A stretch of 64,000 nucleotides of DNA, taken from NCBI RefSeq assembly GCF_006345805.1, contig NW_021832605.1, positions 62,001 through 126,000 of the forward strand. The letters run 5' to 3'. Positions 36,948 to 50,300 of this stretch are shown here, piece by piece. Position 1 is the first letter of the stretch. Each line of letters starts with the position of its first letter. This DNA is from Octopus sinensis. Taxonomy: Eukaryota. The translations under genes were made by a program, and so were the position numbers. The notes beneath the pieces were generated by a model. The model saw nothing but the letters and a program-made list of their open reading frames with translations. It did not search any database and was not told the DNA's origin.

Positions 36948-37819
36948 ATGTCTGGCGTTGCGAACGATTTTGAGCCCCAAATTGCAGAAAGCGAGGATAT
37001 CCACCTCTCGGTCACAAGTAAGCAATAAAATATACTAAATCAGGCGATCCTTGCGAATATGACACATGTAAGAATGCGGAGCCATCCACGTGCTGTTTTT
37101 TTGAAACAAATAATCCTTGTTTAATGAAAGGTACTTGGCATATGGTGACCCAAAAATAGTAAAGGAAGTAATTTTATGGAGGAATCCCCTCCAATCGGGG
37201 GTCATTTTGATAACATTGACTGGCCTATTTACAATGTTTCAGTACTACTACTTTCTTTTTGCAACATGCAATATCGTCATTTCTTTATTTATTGTCTCCC
37301 TCTCTACTCTTGTGTACAATAAAATGTCCAATACCCTCCATCTCCCATACTTCCCCAGATCTTCCTGGTCTATATTCCACATCAATATTTTAGCGAGGAG
37401 GATTGTTTCCGTGAGGAGGTTATCCATGATTACGTAACAAAATACTATCCCTGTTGTGTCAGTCTTGTTCGATCATTCGTGGCTGCTCTCTGCTTTGAGG
37501 ACATTGTGCTGGCCTGCAAGGTTGGTTTGATTTGACAACTTTAGTGCATTGGTGGTCTTTGGGTCGCGTCTTATTTCTTCAGGATTGTCTCACTTCCGGT
37601 GTTTCTTGGTGTGTCGACTGTGGTGGTTATGACTGTTCCTTACGTTTACTTGACTTACAGGGTTGTTTGGTGTGTTTATTTTTAGACAGAGATCTGCGGG
37701 TTGACGAATCGTTTTCTCAGGTGTGGATGTGATGTGTTTAATCGGATGTAATGTGTTTCTGGGTGTATTCTAGTTCTGAAAAGATTCCTTTTCTTAGGAA
37801 AAAAGAGAAGGAAGAATGA
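36948..37819 (+). CDS. RTN: Reticulon-family protein
   Basis: VKEVILWRNPLQSGVIL, two long hydrophobic segments, PYVYLTYR and terminal EKIPFLRKKEKEE*; introns 23-28 nt. Confidence 0.82.
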
Positions 37820-39439
37820 AATTAGTTGTTACTTCTCGGTTAATCTTTTCATTCCTTGATAATAAAATTATGGCTTGACCTAATTTTTTATAAATTAATT
37901 AAATTTTTCAGGAAATTGACTAAGTGTTTCATTTCATTATTTCCTTACAAAGTGTATTGATTAGTTTTATATATTTAAGAAAATGAGTTAGAAAAGATGA
38001 GTTCGGAATAGTTAGGACTTATTAATTAAAACAAATTTGTATGATAAACTAGTTTAGTCATGCAGCGTAGTCTCCTTATTAGAAATATCATCAGAAGCTG
38101 AAGAATTCTTTATTAGATATATTTGAGCAAAAAATAGTTTCCCTTATCGTCAATATATTTATCTGGAAAAGATGTGTTTTATAGCTTGTTTCGATCTCTC
38201 TATTGCTGGTCCTTCGTCCTACTGTCTTTATCGACTGAAACAAATGCGCTTAGTCAGCCTAACCTGCATAATTCTTGACTTGTACTAATCTGGCCATATC
38301 CTTTTAAAGATTACTTGTGCTATCCGGATACTTTCTTAGAATTTTTTAAAATCTCCGCTTTAGATTGACTTTTGCCGTTTGTTTTTTGATCATCCGGTTC
38401 AAGATTTTTTGGCATTTTTTAGGATGTTTCAGTTTTTAGAACACAATTTAGATTGCCACATTTAGTTTTATTATGTTTTGTTGAGCTTGGTGTTGTGTCG
38501 ATATTAGCACATACTCATTACTAGGGAAACATTTTTATTGACTTAAACAAATGAAAATAACCCTTAACAAGTCAATTTAATTGGAAATTTAACTATTGAC
38601 ATCGTAAATTCAAAACAATCATTGAAGCAATCTGAATTGATCTATAGAATTTCTAAAAAGATTTCTGGTCTAAAATAGGAAATATTGGCAAAAAATGTGA
38701 GCTTTTATTTTAGATGAACTGAGACAGATGCGGTGCCGGTATCAATGCAGGTAACTCTCTTTAATGGTGATAGTTTACGGATGCCGTAGGCCTGTGATTA
38801 GGTTGAATATCAGACTCCTTCGACATAAACATTTTTTGCTGCAAGATGCGTTAATAATAGTCGGTTTGTTGTCCAATCAGATCGCTGCCATATTTTAATT
38901 TGTTCAAAACACCTGCACTTGTCCAAAGGAAATTTTTAATGCAAACAAAATTTCTCCAGTTCGTAAGTGGAAGAAACATGTTTTATAGTGTATGTGCCTA
39001 AATGACGATTTCTTGACAAAGCTGGCTGGGTCTCGGCCACCGAATTCTATCGAGTCTAGAATTTTTCCAATGTCTCCTTTTAATGTCGGAAACAGTTTAA
39101 ATTTCAGAATCGAAGTTCCCCATTAACTCCACGACTTGATGATAAAGCAATGCTTGTTCGGTCTTTTATGAATCAGAGAATCCAATTCAAAGTCAGGAAT
39201 TGCATTACTATGAAAATAAACTCCTTGCTTCTTTGTAGAAAACGTGATTTTCCAAATTTATTTCAAAATCATCATCCAAGCGATCCTGGTCGTAGTTCCT
39301 AATTAATGAGATAACACAAACTCTCAAAAAATAAAAGGCGTTTTTCAACTTTATAAAAAATTAGTAAAGCTTTAAGAATTAAGTCACTTTAGCAAACGGG
39401 CTTGCAAGCATTCTAAGCTTATATGTACAAAATAAATAC

Positions 39440-39760
39440 GATATTACTTGGAATGGAAGATACTTTCCGTTTGAAACTTGGACAGTCTAAAATTCTAGAA
39501 AAGGCGAGAATTTCCACAATATATTCCCCAAAAGGTCTTCTTTGTAGGTAGCCCAATCTGGAAAGATACATACTTCTTTAGCGCCAGGGTGTTAAAGTGA
39601 GAATAATTCCTGTCGTAGTTACAACGGAATTCTTTCAAAGTACTACAAAAGCCACCCAAACTTCCTCGGAATAGAAAAAAACAACCAAGGCACATATGCT
39701 TTGAAAGATATTGGGGAGCAGGCAGGTCTATCGTTATAAAGAGAAAGCTGGCATCAAAGT
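39440..39760 (+). mobile_element. RLE-type (R4/Dong-like) LINE 3' remnant
   Basis: GVKVRIIPVVVT.. resembles the C-terminal motif also seen at 41.8 kb; many stops. Confidence 0.4.
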
Positions 39761-40302
39761 CCAGACACAGGATATTTCTGAATCTGGATTGAGATAATTA
39801 GAAACTGACCAATTCGGGCTTTTCTTGATTGTTCTAAGAGTATAAGAGTGAAAGAAAAAAAGCCCCAGGCAAACCTGCCATTTTCCTACAATTAATGTTT
39901 TATTCTTCAATGATTTGAAGTTTTTTTTATAACGAAGAGACACTAACATTTATGATGGCGGATGTGGACCTTTAGAGCACTTTCGAGAAATAAGTGACAA
40001 ATTGTTATCTATTGAGAAATGATGAATTGACTAAATAGTTATTTGATGATGCTAAAAGACAGATGCAGTAAAAAATGAACAATATTCAATTTAAAGTCAA
40101 TCGAAAATTAAACAAAACTCAATTAATTTACTGAGATTTTTTATATTATTTTTCTCTGTTTTGAAACGTCCTGTTCTCAGGAAATAGAAAAATTTGCTAG
40201 AAGCGTTTGGTAAAGTTAACAAATCATCGGATATAATTTTGAATTAAATTTTCTGTTAATATAAACAATATTGTTTACAATTAAATTTGTGGTAGTTATA
40301 TA

Positions 40303-40785
40303 ATGGTTGTGGTAACTACTTTTGAGTTATTTCAAACAATTGCCCAATCAAATGAGGACTGTGAACACAATCCACTCCGAATGCACCTACAGCCTCTCAT
40401 AAATCGACTAGATGAGCTCATCTCCGAACGTAAAGACTATCTAACAGTTGTCAACCGGGGAGTATCTTCCATAACCATTCCCATAAAATCAAAAATCAAA
40501 TTGATCCTTGCAAATGTCGAGACTGACTCGAATTCTGCCCCACAAGGCCGTTTAATGACATTTATGCTGTTCTGTCGTTCTATCTCATATCTCTACCCTG
40601 ATGACATTCAGAGGATCGTTACTGCCTTCTCTGAGCACATTGATGGACATGTTGAATATACTTCAATCATTCTGTCCTCCGGGGGTTGGGAGCATTTTCT
40701 TGAGAAATGCAATTTGTGGCATCGAAACGAAGCTTCGTCCTTCTCCTCCATTGTCAATCGAATTGCTTCCATATTTTGGACTTAA
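40303..40785 (+). CDS. Divergent Bcl-2-family protein, intronless
   Basis: 160 aa from ATG; BH1-like PQGRLMTFMLF and BH2-like IILSSGGWEHF at the usual spacing. Confidence 0.7.
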   Translation: MVVVTTFELFQTIAQSNEDCEHNPLRMHLQPLINRLDELISERKDYLTVVNRGVSSITIPIKSKIKLILANVETDSNSAPQGRLMTFMLFCRSISYLYPDDIQRIVTAFSEHIDGHVEYTSIILSSGGWEHFLEKCNLWHRNEASSFSSIVNRIASIFWT

Positions 40786-41499
40786 TTTAGTTTGATAGAA
40801 TTTTCAAATAAATCTAGTTTTATTATTTATGCTTATTTAATATGGGACTAGTAAAAAATGAGGATTTCTGCTTGGTGGTTGATTTATTTGGATCACATCT
40901 TTGGTGTATTAGGTCTAATAACTCACACTTGAAAATTTAGTTAGGCAGTTGGTCTGTTTTTTCTTTTGCTTTCTTATTAACTCTCGATAATAAAATAGGT
41001 TTCCTTCCATGTTGGTCTGTTTCTTTTTTTGCTTTAATAATTTTCTTGTTATTGTAAAACAATTGACCTAGCTCCCCTCTAAGATGTGATTCCAAATAAA
41101 TCCACTACTAAGCAGAAATCCTCATTTTTGAGTAAAGAGATTTCGAAACCAGATGGTGTTTATGTAAAACGCAATTTATATGAATTACATTTTAACAAAT
41201 TTTTCAAATATGCTGAAAATCCTTTATACATTTCAACGATAGACATTTCACCATTTGTGTCGCAAGACACCAAGACATTAATCTTTTGTCATTCAAAAAT
41301 AATTTGACTATGGACAAATAGGAAATGTAGTCCAATTTCCAAATATTTAACGAATAATAAATCTTATGTAAGAAGAGCGTGATTGTCAAAATTTCTTTTA
41401 ATAAGATTAATCTGAAATATACCATTAGAATTGATTGGTTGTCACATTGATCAATTTTAAGGATTAATTAAGTTAATATTATTTAATTGATGTTAATCC

Positions 41500-42480
41500 G
41501 ACCGTTGTCCGCTAAGGTTAATCTCCTCCTTTTAGAAGAAGAAGTAACCAACACCACTCCTTGATCCTTTGTCCCCAGGTTAGTTACGAATTTTTTTTCT
41601 TAATTCTCCATATTATCTTCATACGAATGATTTGCTTCAATTAAAAGGCTACTGGCTGAATTTATCTCCTCATCAGTGATTCTGATCCAATGCCTGTGCT
41701 CAACAATTATACTTTTCAATGTTTTCTTCAATAAAACTGACCGTAAATAAGACTGAGTTGCGTCTTCGTAGCCAACTTTTCAATGTATTTCTTAAAAAAC
41801 TTGGAAGCGAGCCAGTCCCAATTCAAAACTATAGTTTGTAATTGTAAATTTGAGGTTCATAATCGACAAATTGACTTGAAAATGGTATAGTGGAATTATT
41901 TTCACTGGAGCACCGTAAAGAATGAATAACTTCCCTGCCAATAAATCGTATTTATAGCATTTCTCGACCTCAACCTGCTTCAGGCGGTCTTGGGAAGTGA
42001 TTCTAACTTTGATAAGAGTAATTTCATTTTTAATTTTGTCGTACACAAATATGTCAGGCATGTTGCACTGAATATTCATGTCTGTAATTATTTGGGAATC
42101 GACAGGTATTTCAACATTTTTCGTGGATATGATTGATTGGACAGAATATTCCTTCAATTTTTTGATTTTGCTGATTGAGTGTTTTCTACATAGATAAAGA
42201 TGAAGTATCTGGCATTCATAAAGGATATCTTCTTGCACTATATAACCGTAAAACCAGACTGGGCCTTCTATAAGTTATTCATTTTTTCAGTACTTGGAAA
42301 CCTCTGCTTGATAGTCGAGGAGAAATGAAGGTGCAATAGAAAGAACAGATGATTACATTAGAAGTCTGTTAATCAATTCCATGGAAAATAACTCTGAAAA
42401 AATCTATTCAGAACAAAAAATCTCAAATACTCCAGTGGTCAATGGAAAAACGTTGTCTTTAAAGAATAGACTTACGTAGA
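41500..42480 (-). mobile_element. RLE-type (R4/Dong-like) LINE 3' remnant
   Basis: IQCNMPDIFVYDK..ITSQDRLKQVEVEKCYKYDLL..VKIIP; PD-(D/E)xK-type domain, degenerate. Confidence 0.7.
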
Positions 42481-42729
42481 AGCATAAAAGATACCGAGAT
42501 TCCGTAGACAGAACTTTACTGAAAGAAAGAATAAGTGCTATTAAAAAATAACTTTGTCATACGGCTCAAATCAAAAAAGAACGTGCTTGACTACGCCAGT
42601 CGAAAGTCCTCAGCCCACTATTGTTTAACGTGTATATGGCTGACTTTCAAAAACTGGTGTGCATCTCCACAAATGTGTTTATTTATCGGAAATCAAGTGG
42701 AGACTCCTGTGAGCCTTTGAAACCGCTTC

Positions 42730-42890
42730 TGGGCCGCACTGCTGTACGTGTCTACTCTCTGCATGACAACATTACAGCGACGCGTGGCTCAACAAATTTT
42801 TGTCGTATTCATCCACCACACTCTTGAATAAAGACGCTTTGAAAATCGGGATCTCCCTGCGATTCGGCTTTAACATATGCATACCGCTAT
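42730..42890 (+). mobile_element. CRE-type fragment preceded by a short RT fragment
   Basis: DAWLN..LLNKDALKIGISLRFGFNIC matches the CRE copies; upstream VLSPLLFNVYM at about 42605. Confidence 0.5.
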
Positions 42891-44022
42891 GAAAGCATGT
42901 TAGAGAAGGCTAGTCATTAGTGTGGGATACTATTTTCAAGGACATGTTTCCGGCGTCGAACATAATTTTGTTGGCCATATTTCCTATAACGCACCGAACA
43001 AATCGGAGTGTGTGAAAACAAGAATTCTCTATACCAAACTCTCTTGGACAATCACATTTTTGTCTACGTCGCAGGAAATCTCACCAAAGTCGTTATACAT
43101 GACATCTGGAGGGAAGCTGTCTTATAATGTACAACTTGACGGAAGGCTAGAAGACTCGCAAGAATCCTCTGTGCCAACGATCCGGATGGTCCTGGAGAAA
43201 AGCTATGTTAAGTAATTATAATTGGGATTAGTATGAAAAGAGACACTTCGGTGTCTTAGTTTTTATCTCTTAGTTAATGATCTTTCCTTGTTTTTTGGCT
43301 TTTCGTTTTATTTAAGCAACAACAAATATTTTATTCTATTCTAATTATTATGAATAAATTTCACAAATAACAATTAAATCAAGGATAACAGGAAGCTTTG
43401 AAACAATAAACAAGGTGCAATATTTTGGCTGCTTTCAAAACAGACCACGTATAACCCTGCCACTATCCTAAAAATTGTATAAAAATGTTGGAAAGCGACT
43501 AGAAAATAATGAGATCGAAACGACCTCTGAAAATCGAAATCTCAAGAATAGTGTGGAAATCTCTAATGAAGAAAATCATCCGGGCTGCGGTACAAGAGAT
43601 GATAAAAACGTAGCCTTCTTATGCTGTGTTTTGTACATAGTAATCATTATTTTCGTCCATTTTTTCGAATTTTTATTATTTTTAAGCTATATTGAAAGAT
43701 AAATAAATAGTTAAGTAAAAATAACTGAGTGAAATGGCAAGCTGTAAGCGCTGACTCGGCACATTAATAATGTAAAGTTGGGCGGGCAAGACTCCCTCTC
43801 TGTTGCCTACTTTCTTTTGTCGGGGAAGAGCTTTTATATGGGACCTCAATGATTTGAGACTGCTGAGCAGAGAAGAAGGCGATGATTCTCATTTATCAGA
43901 AAAACTTTTAAATCATGAATCTTGGTTTCATCCCATACAAAAGAACAATTAAAAAGTAATTTGTTAAATAAATTATTAGTTGATTTAATGGTTATACTTA
44001 AAATATTTACTTTCAGGTTTTA

Positions 44023-46421
44023 TTAATTAATGGATACTGCAGTATTTTGTACACTAATGATAGACCGTGATTCAATTGATTGAATTCCATTTCGATTGAT
44101 ATTATAAAACCAGTTGAAAATTTCCGCGCTCCATTGCTTTGATGTGGCAAAACTCTGTTTCATACAATTAAAATTATATACAGATGCGGTAAAAATCAAG
44201 CGTCTTCCGTTTTTAAGATTTATGATAAAACAATTGTCAATTCCAAAATGACGTTCGAGAATTTTCGAAACACTTTCCACGTTTTCAAATAAAATGATCA
44301 AAAATAAATAAAATTTGAACTAAACCTCTTCCTTGTTAGAACTTTTGTCATAATCATAATTTAAATTCTGTATAACAAGTTGAGTAATGTATATATGCAG
44401 ATAACGTTTCATAAAATTCCCAGAAATTTGATTGGAAAAAAGTAAGATTTCACCGTCCACAATACGACGTCCGTGGTACTGAGTAGGGGGTATTAGTTGA
44501 ATGTCAAATGATTTCTCTCTTTCACTTATTTCCATAGTTTTTTCAAACATTCCGCATGATATAATTTCTTCTTGCCAGCGCTGGCCCACACAAAATGACT
44601 CGAATATATTTGTGCTTTTTATTTTTTCTTTTTGATTAAACTGCAATAATTCAAAAATTTCTCACCTGTGTATTGGCTGAAAGCTCAATCTTACTCGTGG
44701 GGACAGTAATTTCTCTACTTGTTGGAATAAATGGAGATTTATGGTCCAATTCAAGTGCCTTTTGCCAATTGATTGCTGCAAAAAATTTGTGCTTTTTAAT
44801 TCTAAATACAAGTTAATTCATTTTTAAGGGATACTCGTCGATTTTTAATCTTTTATTCAAGTTTTTGACAAGCAACTGACTGATTAAAGATGAAAATTCA
44901 CTCAATAAAAACTCGTCTGGTATTGTGAATTCACAATTCCTTGCTCGCATTTCATTATTTTCAATATTTTCAAAATCCTTCGAAAAAGGGGATTTTCTAA
45001 TATTATTCAACATCAGCTAACCCAATAGCAAGTTTATAAATTGTACATCCAAAAGAAAATATATCTACTTCAGGACCGTAGGGTCGTTGATTACTTTCAA
45101 TAACTTCAGGTGCCATGTATCCCACAGATCCACTAATAATATTATTAAAGATTTAGCTATGCGTTTTTGAAATTAGTTTGTTTATTTTGTAATTTCGTGC
45201 AAAGCGTAGATTTCCGAGTTTTGCATTTCCATATCTATCGAGTAAAACATTTGATGGCTAATAAACATTGATAAACATAAAATACATTTATATCTCTGGA
45301 AATAATGTCTTTCGAATGCAAATAAGAAAGTGCCAATATGATCTGAGATGCATAATATACGACTGCGGCCATTTCAAATGGCCCATGTGTATAAATATGT
45401 TGGGATAAGTTTTCTCCTTCCATTATATCAAGTATAAAATAAAAACTGTCTTCTTTTACAAACGAGTAAGCTATGCCAACAATAAAGTTACATTTCTGTT
45501 TTAATTAAAATAAACTAATTATTTTACATCTATTGTTGCCTTCATCAATAATGTTGCTTCATTTACAATATTTTTAAAATTTTTGTCTGTTATTTTAATG
45601 CATTTCATTGCATATCTAATTTATTATGCCTTTGTGTAAACTTTTGTGATGTTTCGATTCTTTCGCAGAGATATACAGAACTGAATGATCCTCTACTAAT
45701 GATTCGTTGAACTTCGAAATCTTCCAAAACAGGCTATTGAGTTAATATTACTTAAAAATTACTTGAATACTAAATTCAACATCTTTCCATTGACAATATT
45801 TAACAAAATATGATCTGTGAAAAATTAGAATAATAAATACGATTTGATAAAAAATTTGAATTTTCTATCAAGTAACTGATAATTTTCATTTTCAAGTGCG
45901 TCAAATAATTTATAAAATGTTTCCAAAGAGACGTCCTCATTCAATTGAGTGCTTTTTGTTGAATTGCGATACAAATTGAAATTATGTTGAATAGCGAGAA
46001 TTGTTTCTTCTGAAAAAATCTATAGATAAAATTGATTTAAAAATTACATTATTTTTTGTTAATGTCAGTTTTACTAAAAATGTTTTAAATATTGAATATG
46101 CATTTGAAATTCTATTTTCAACAGGTTGTAGTCGATGTTTAATTATCTAAACTTAAATATAAAGATATACTTCGTTTCGAAGATTTAGGAGGTTAAAATA
46201 AATTGGATCTTCTTCACAATATTTAAAAAATAATTTATAGCCTAGTCAATTAAATGTTGCCAAGCAACTTAATTTAACCTATTTTATCAGCTAAAACTGA
46301 TTTGACGTCAAGTATTTTTAGTGCAGCCAGACGACGCGTGATTATATTTTTGACACTAATAAAAAATAAGCTGATCATTTCACTTTGGATTTGGGAGAGA
46401 AATATATTTCTTTTTTTCCAT
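44023..46421 (-). CDS. GRK2: GRK2/3 (beta-ARK)-like protein, RH-kinase-PH, probable pseudokinase
   Basis: ISLPNP..KIGYKLF (RH), CQWKDVEF, DFEVQRIISRGSF, YAMKC, FIVGIAYSF, GYMAPE, PH domain. The frame stays open if all 24-37 nt introns, including one GC-AG and one GT-TG, are removed. Confidence 0.85.
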
Positions 46422-46799
46422 GAACTAAAAATTAAAGAAATCGAAAACCTTAGAAACAAGTAAAATAAGTTTGAAATTAGTTTTAAAAATAGTATTTTAT
46501 CATAACAAATAATTTTAATTAAAAGTGTAAAATCATTTCTGTATTTGTAAAAAGATAACGCTTAAATGTCTACCCAACAATAATTTTATTTAAGAATTTC
46601 CCGAGTTATCGATGCCTGTTGAAAAGGTAGCCCTTGAATCTAGACTGCGCATTGACATGAATCTGCTCATCCGTGCACTGAATAACTAATTAATCATCTC
46701 TTTTAAGAATTTCCAATAAAAGGATTTTTCCTATTAGATGGCATAAACAAATTCTTAAGAGAGAGCACGGCATTAGCATGACTGCACTCATAAAAATTA

Positions 46800-47394
46800 T
46801 TCCTGTGAATGCCAAGAGATGGTACTACAACTTCGTTGAAATTTTAAATAGTAACCATCCAGACATTATCGGCTTTAACAAGTCCAAGCTTAGAGAACCC
46901 ACTTGTTCTAGCTCCTTTAATTCCGTTCTCTGAATATAAGATAAAGCAATACTTCTATGCCAGAGACCGAGTTAGCGATCTATTTACTGAAAAACTCAAA
47001 ATCAAAAACCTCAATAAAAATTGTTTAAATTTATGGAAACTCACAATTACAAATCAGTCTCGGACATCGACTTTTTGAACGATGCATTGACGAACTTGAT
47101 GCAACACTATTTGGATAATCACGGAAACAACCCATGTACAGGCCAGGAAGGAAAACTCCGTCTAAACTTGACAAAAGAAAGCGCCTTAAAAACAAACCTA
47201 GACGCTATGCAAACCCGACAAACCGGGTCACAGTTAAAACAATGATCTTTGTGATTAGAGGAAAAATAACCAAGCTAAAAAATACCAAAAAATGGGAGAA
47301 AGCATGTGATGCTCTTGACAGCAAAAACCTAAACTTCCGGGTCGGATTTAACAAAGTATCAAAACTGACCAGAAAACCGAACCGGCCACAATAG
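46800..47394 (+). mobile_element. Jockey-like LINE remnant (APE start + linker)
   Basis: NSNHPDIIGFNKSKL; linker KW..C..LD.KN..F resembles the element at 56.4-56.9 kb. Confidence 0.5.
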
Positions 47395-47399
47395 CATTG

Positions 47400-50300
47400 G
47401 TGTCAGCTTCTGAACCCCCCCTTGGACTCTCAGTTCTCTTGCCTGTCAGATGCTGGTCCGCTAACGCCTCGAAATTCCTGATGATTTGACCAAACAACGC
47501 CAATGGGCCACAATTTTTTGAATCTAAAAGTATTCAGGATGGGTTTAATAAAAGCATTGTATAATTTGGCACGTAAGGCCGTTCAACCTCGCGGTTTCGT
47601 AGCCAAGTTGTCCGCAGTTTGTTAAGTGCAACAGTCGATAGCATCTTTCTCCTCATAATGTCTTCACTATCTCCTAAAAGAGTTCCAACTTTTTTCGAGT
47701 TTCGCCATTTTTCGTCTGTTCTATTTGCCTCCCGGTTGATTGTTACATATTCGGTTTTTTCTATGTTCACTTTTAAGAACCATTTTTCCAGTGCCTGAGG
47801 AGCAATGTTCAGCAGTTCTTCGAGAGTCGACTTATCATGAGACAAAAAGTCTACATCGTCGGCATATATCACTTCAGTTATTGAAGTAGACTTCACTAGT
47901 TTTCTCAGATCTCTTAGTGCCGCTTCAAGATAGACAATGAATAGTACAGGTGATATTGAATCACCTTGGGGCGTTCCAATGCTTGTTTTGAAAGATCTTG
48001 ATTGTACGGGTCCGATCTTCACCGTTAACTCGGTGTCTATAAGTAGTGCTCGAACCATTCTGATCGAGTCATTGTCAAGAATAGTTTTGAGGATCTCCAT
48101 TAGCTTGTCTCTGCGGATTGTATCAAATGCCCTGCTCATATCAATGCCCAATATTGTGGTCGCCATTTTAAATTTCTGAGATATGGCACAGATCCATCTA
48201 TGTCCCCATACTACATCTGCAGTTGATCGCCCAGGCCTGAATCCACTTTGGCTAGCCGACAGATATTCATTAACAGGGTCCTTAATACGTTCCAGTGTTA
48301 CGAGCGAGAAGATTTTCCTTATTGTGTTCAAGAGTATGATTGGGCGAATGTTGTTAAGAGGACCTTGCGGCTTGTTGGGTTTTTGGAGAGGAATTAGCGT
48401 TCCTTTCCCAATAGGCGGTATGGTATTTCCATGGAACATCTCGTTCAGGAGATTTGTGATTATAGTTGAGATCTCCATTGGGGAGTACTTTATCAATTCA
48501 CCGTTGATGTTGTCTGGACCCGCCGCACGGTTGTTTTTTAATTTTTTTATAGCCTTCAAAACTTCAAGGTGTGTTATTTTGTTGTTTAGATAACGTTCTT
48601 CACCCTCATCGAGAGCATCGGCCCTGCCATTGAATAGTATTTCGAAGTGGTCGGCGATTGTATTTACCATTTCGATTGGGTTTCCAATTGTTTTCCCATG
48701 TTCATCGTGCACAACCAGTTTTGTTTTCTGTTGTCGTCGGCGTAGTAGTCTGATGGCTGCGTACATTTGCGCACCATCCTTTAAGTCTTCAACTTCTGAT
48801 ATTCGAGAGTTTAATAAAGCTTTCACGTATTTAAGATTTTCCTTCTTGATTGTTCTCGATATTTTCCTACGTTCTCTTTTGAGTTTTTCCTTTGCCTCCT
48901 TGTCGTTGGTGTTTTCAATTTTCAGTTGGATGGCTTTTTGTTTTGTTGCCATTTCGGCAACATTTGGATTCAATGGGTTTGAGTGGTTTCTGAATGCAGT
49001 CGTTCCAATGGTTTCCGTTGCGGCTTTGTGAATAAGTTTTTCTAATATATCCCAGCTTTTGTTTGGGTCTTTTACCGTTTCTGTTACTTTTAGGTTTTCG
49101 ATGATTGCCTGGGAGTATTTTTCCTTGGTAACATCTGATGTAATCAGTTTTTCCACTGAGTATCTAATTCGGTTTGATTCATTTTCTTTTGAAAGAGGCG
49201 ATCCAAAAATTCTTTTCAGTCTCAATCGTGCCACAATGACTTTGTGATCGCTCAGTGTAAGTGCCCCGCCATATGACCTGGCATCCAGCAATCGATGTTT
49301 TTCTTCTTGTCTACAGATGATATAATCGATTTGATTATAGATGTTGACGTACTCCCCATTTTTGTTTCTTCTAGTCCCGGTCCACGTGGTTTTATGACGT
49401 GCCGCATGAGGAAAGACCGTATTGCATAGCAGTAGCTTGAATATGCTGCAGAAGTTCACAAGCATTTCACCTGGTGCATTTCTTATCCCCCGTCCATGTC
49501 TGCCCATGAACACTTCTTCACCACGGCCTTTGCCTGCCTTAGCATTCCAATCACCGGCAATTAGTATAAGGAAGGATGTTTTTATACTCGTGTAGGTCTT
49601 TGATAGCATGTGATAGAAAGAGTCTAGTTCATCCACGTTCTTCTTCAGTCTTCCACTTTGTGGGGCGTAGACATTTATAATGCTGATTATTCGATCCGTG
49701 TTGGTCAAAGTTTTTTGTCTCAGTTGTAGTACACATATGCGGTCGTTCACACGGTAGTATTTGTGAATTGAATTCCAAAAGGTCTTATGAATGCCAAACC
49801 CCTGCCCATAATGACGTGATTCTGATGGAAGGAGAATGATTCGATACTCGTTGTGTATCTCATCTAGCCCGCCTTTGACCTTCGTTTCTTGAAAGCATCC
49901 GATAGTTGCACCATATGCATTCAGATCCCGGCATAGGATTTTTCGCTTGGATAGGTCAGATAGTCCTCTGACATTGAATGATAGCAAAGTAAAATCTCTT
50001 GTAGCCTCATATGTGATTAAGACTTGTGCAATAGAGTTGCGTCACTAACTCAACCGTAATTGTACAACGGAGGAACATGGGGAATATCTGAGTCTGAATC
50101 AAAAATCTCTTGATGCATTCCATAGAAGACAGTTAAGAATTCTTATTGGCATCAACTGGCCAAAGAAAATCAAGAACTCCACCCTATACAATATCTGCAA
50201 CAGCAGACCCGTCAGTGTGGACATTACCGAAGCACGTTGGCGCCTATTGGGCCACATTCTAAGACTCGACCAGGATGTTTATGCTAACTGGGCAATGGAA

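Noticed and set aside
43241-43256. AGACAC-TTCG-GTGTCT hairpin as a Helitron 3' end
   Set aside because: No CTRR terminus at the expected distance and no matching 5' TC end; an isolated hairpin.
43475-43702. 75-aa ORF with a hydrophobic C-terminus
   Set aside because: No in-frame ATG; the hydrophobic tail comes from T-rich DNA.
43790-43960. RGRAFIWDLNDLRLL, resembling the TSEN34 N-terminus
   Set aside because: Similarity stops after about 15 residues and no nuclease domain follows.
47471-47500. GAAA..CTGATGA hammerhead-like core
   Set aside because: Required stems are absent and the sequence is explained as CRE coding DNA.
47937-49247. Several plus-strand ORFs over the RTE
   Set aside because: Antisense shadows of the RT frame with no independent motifs.
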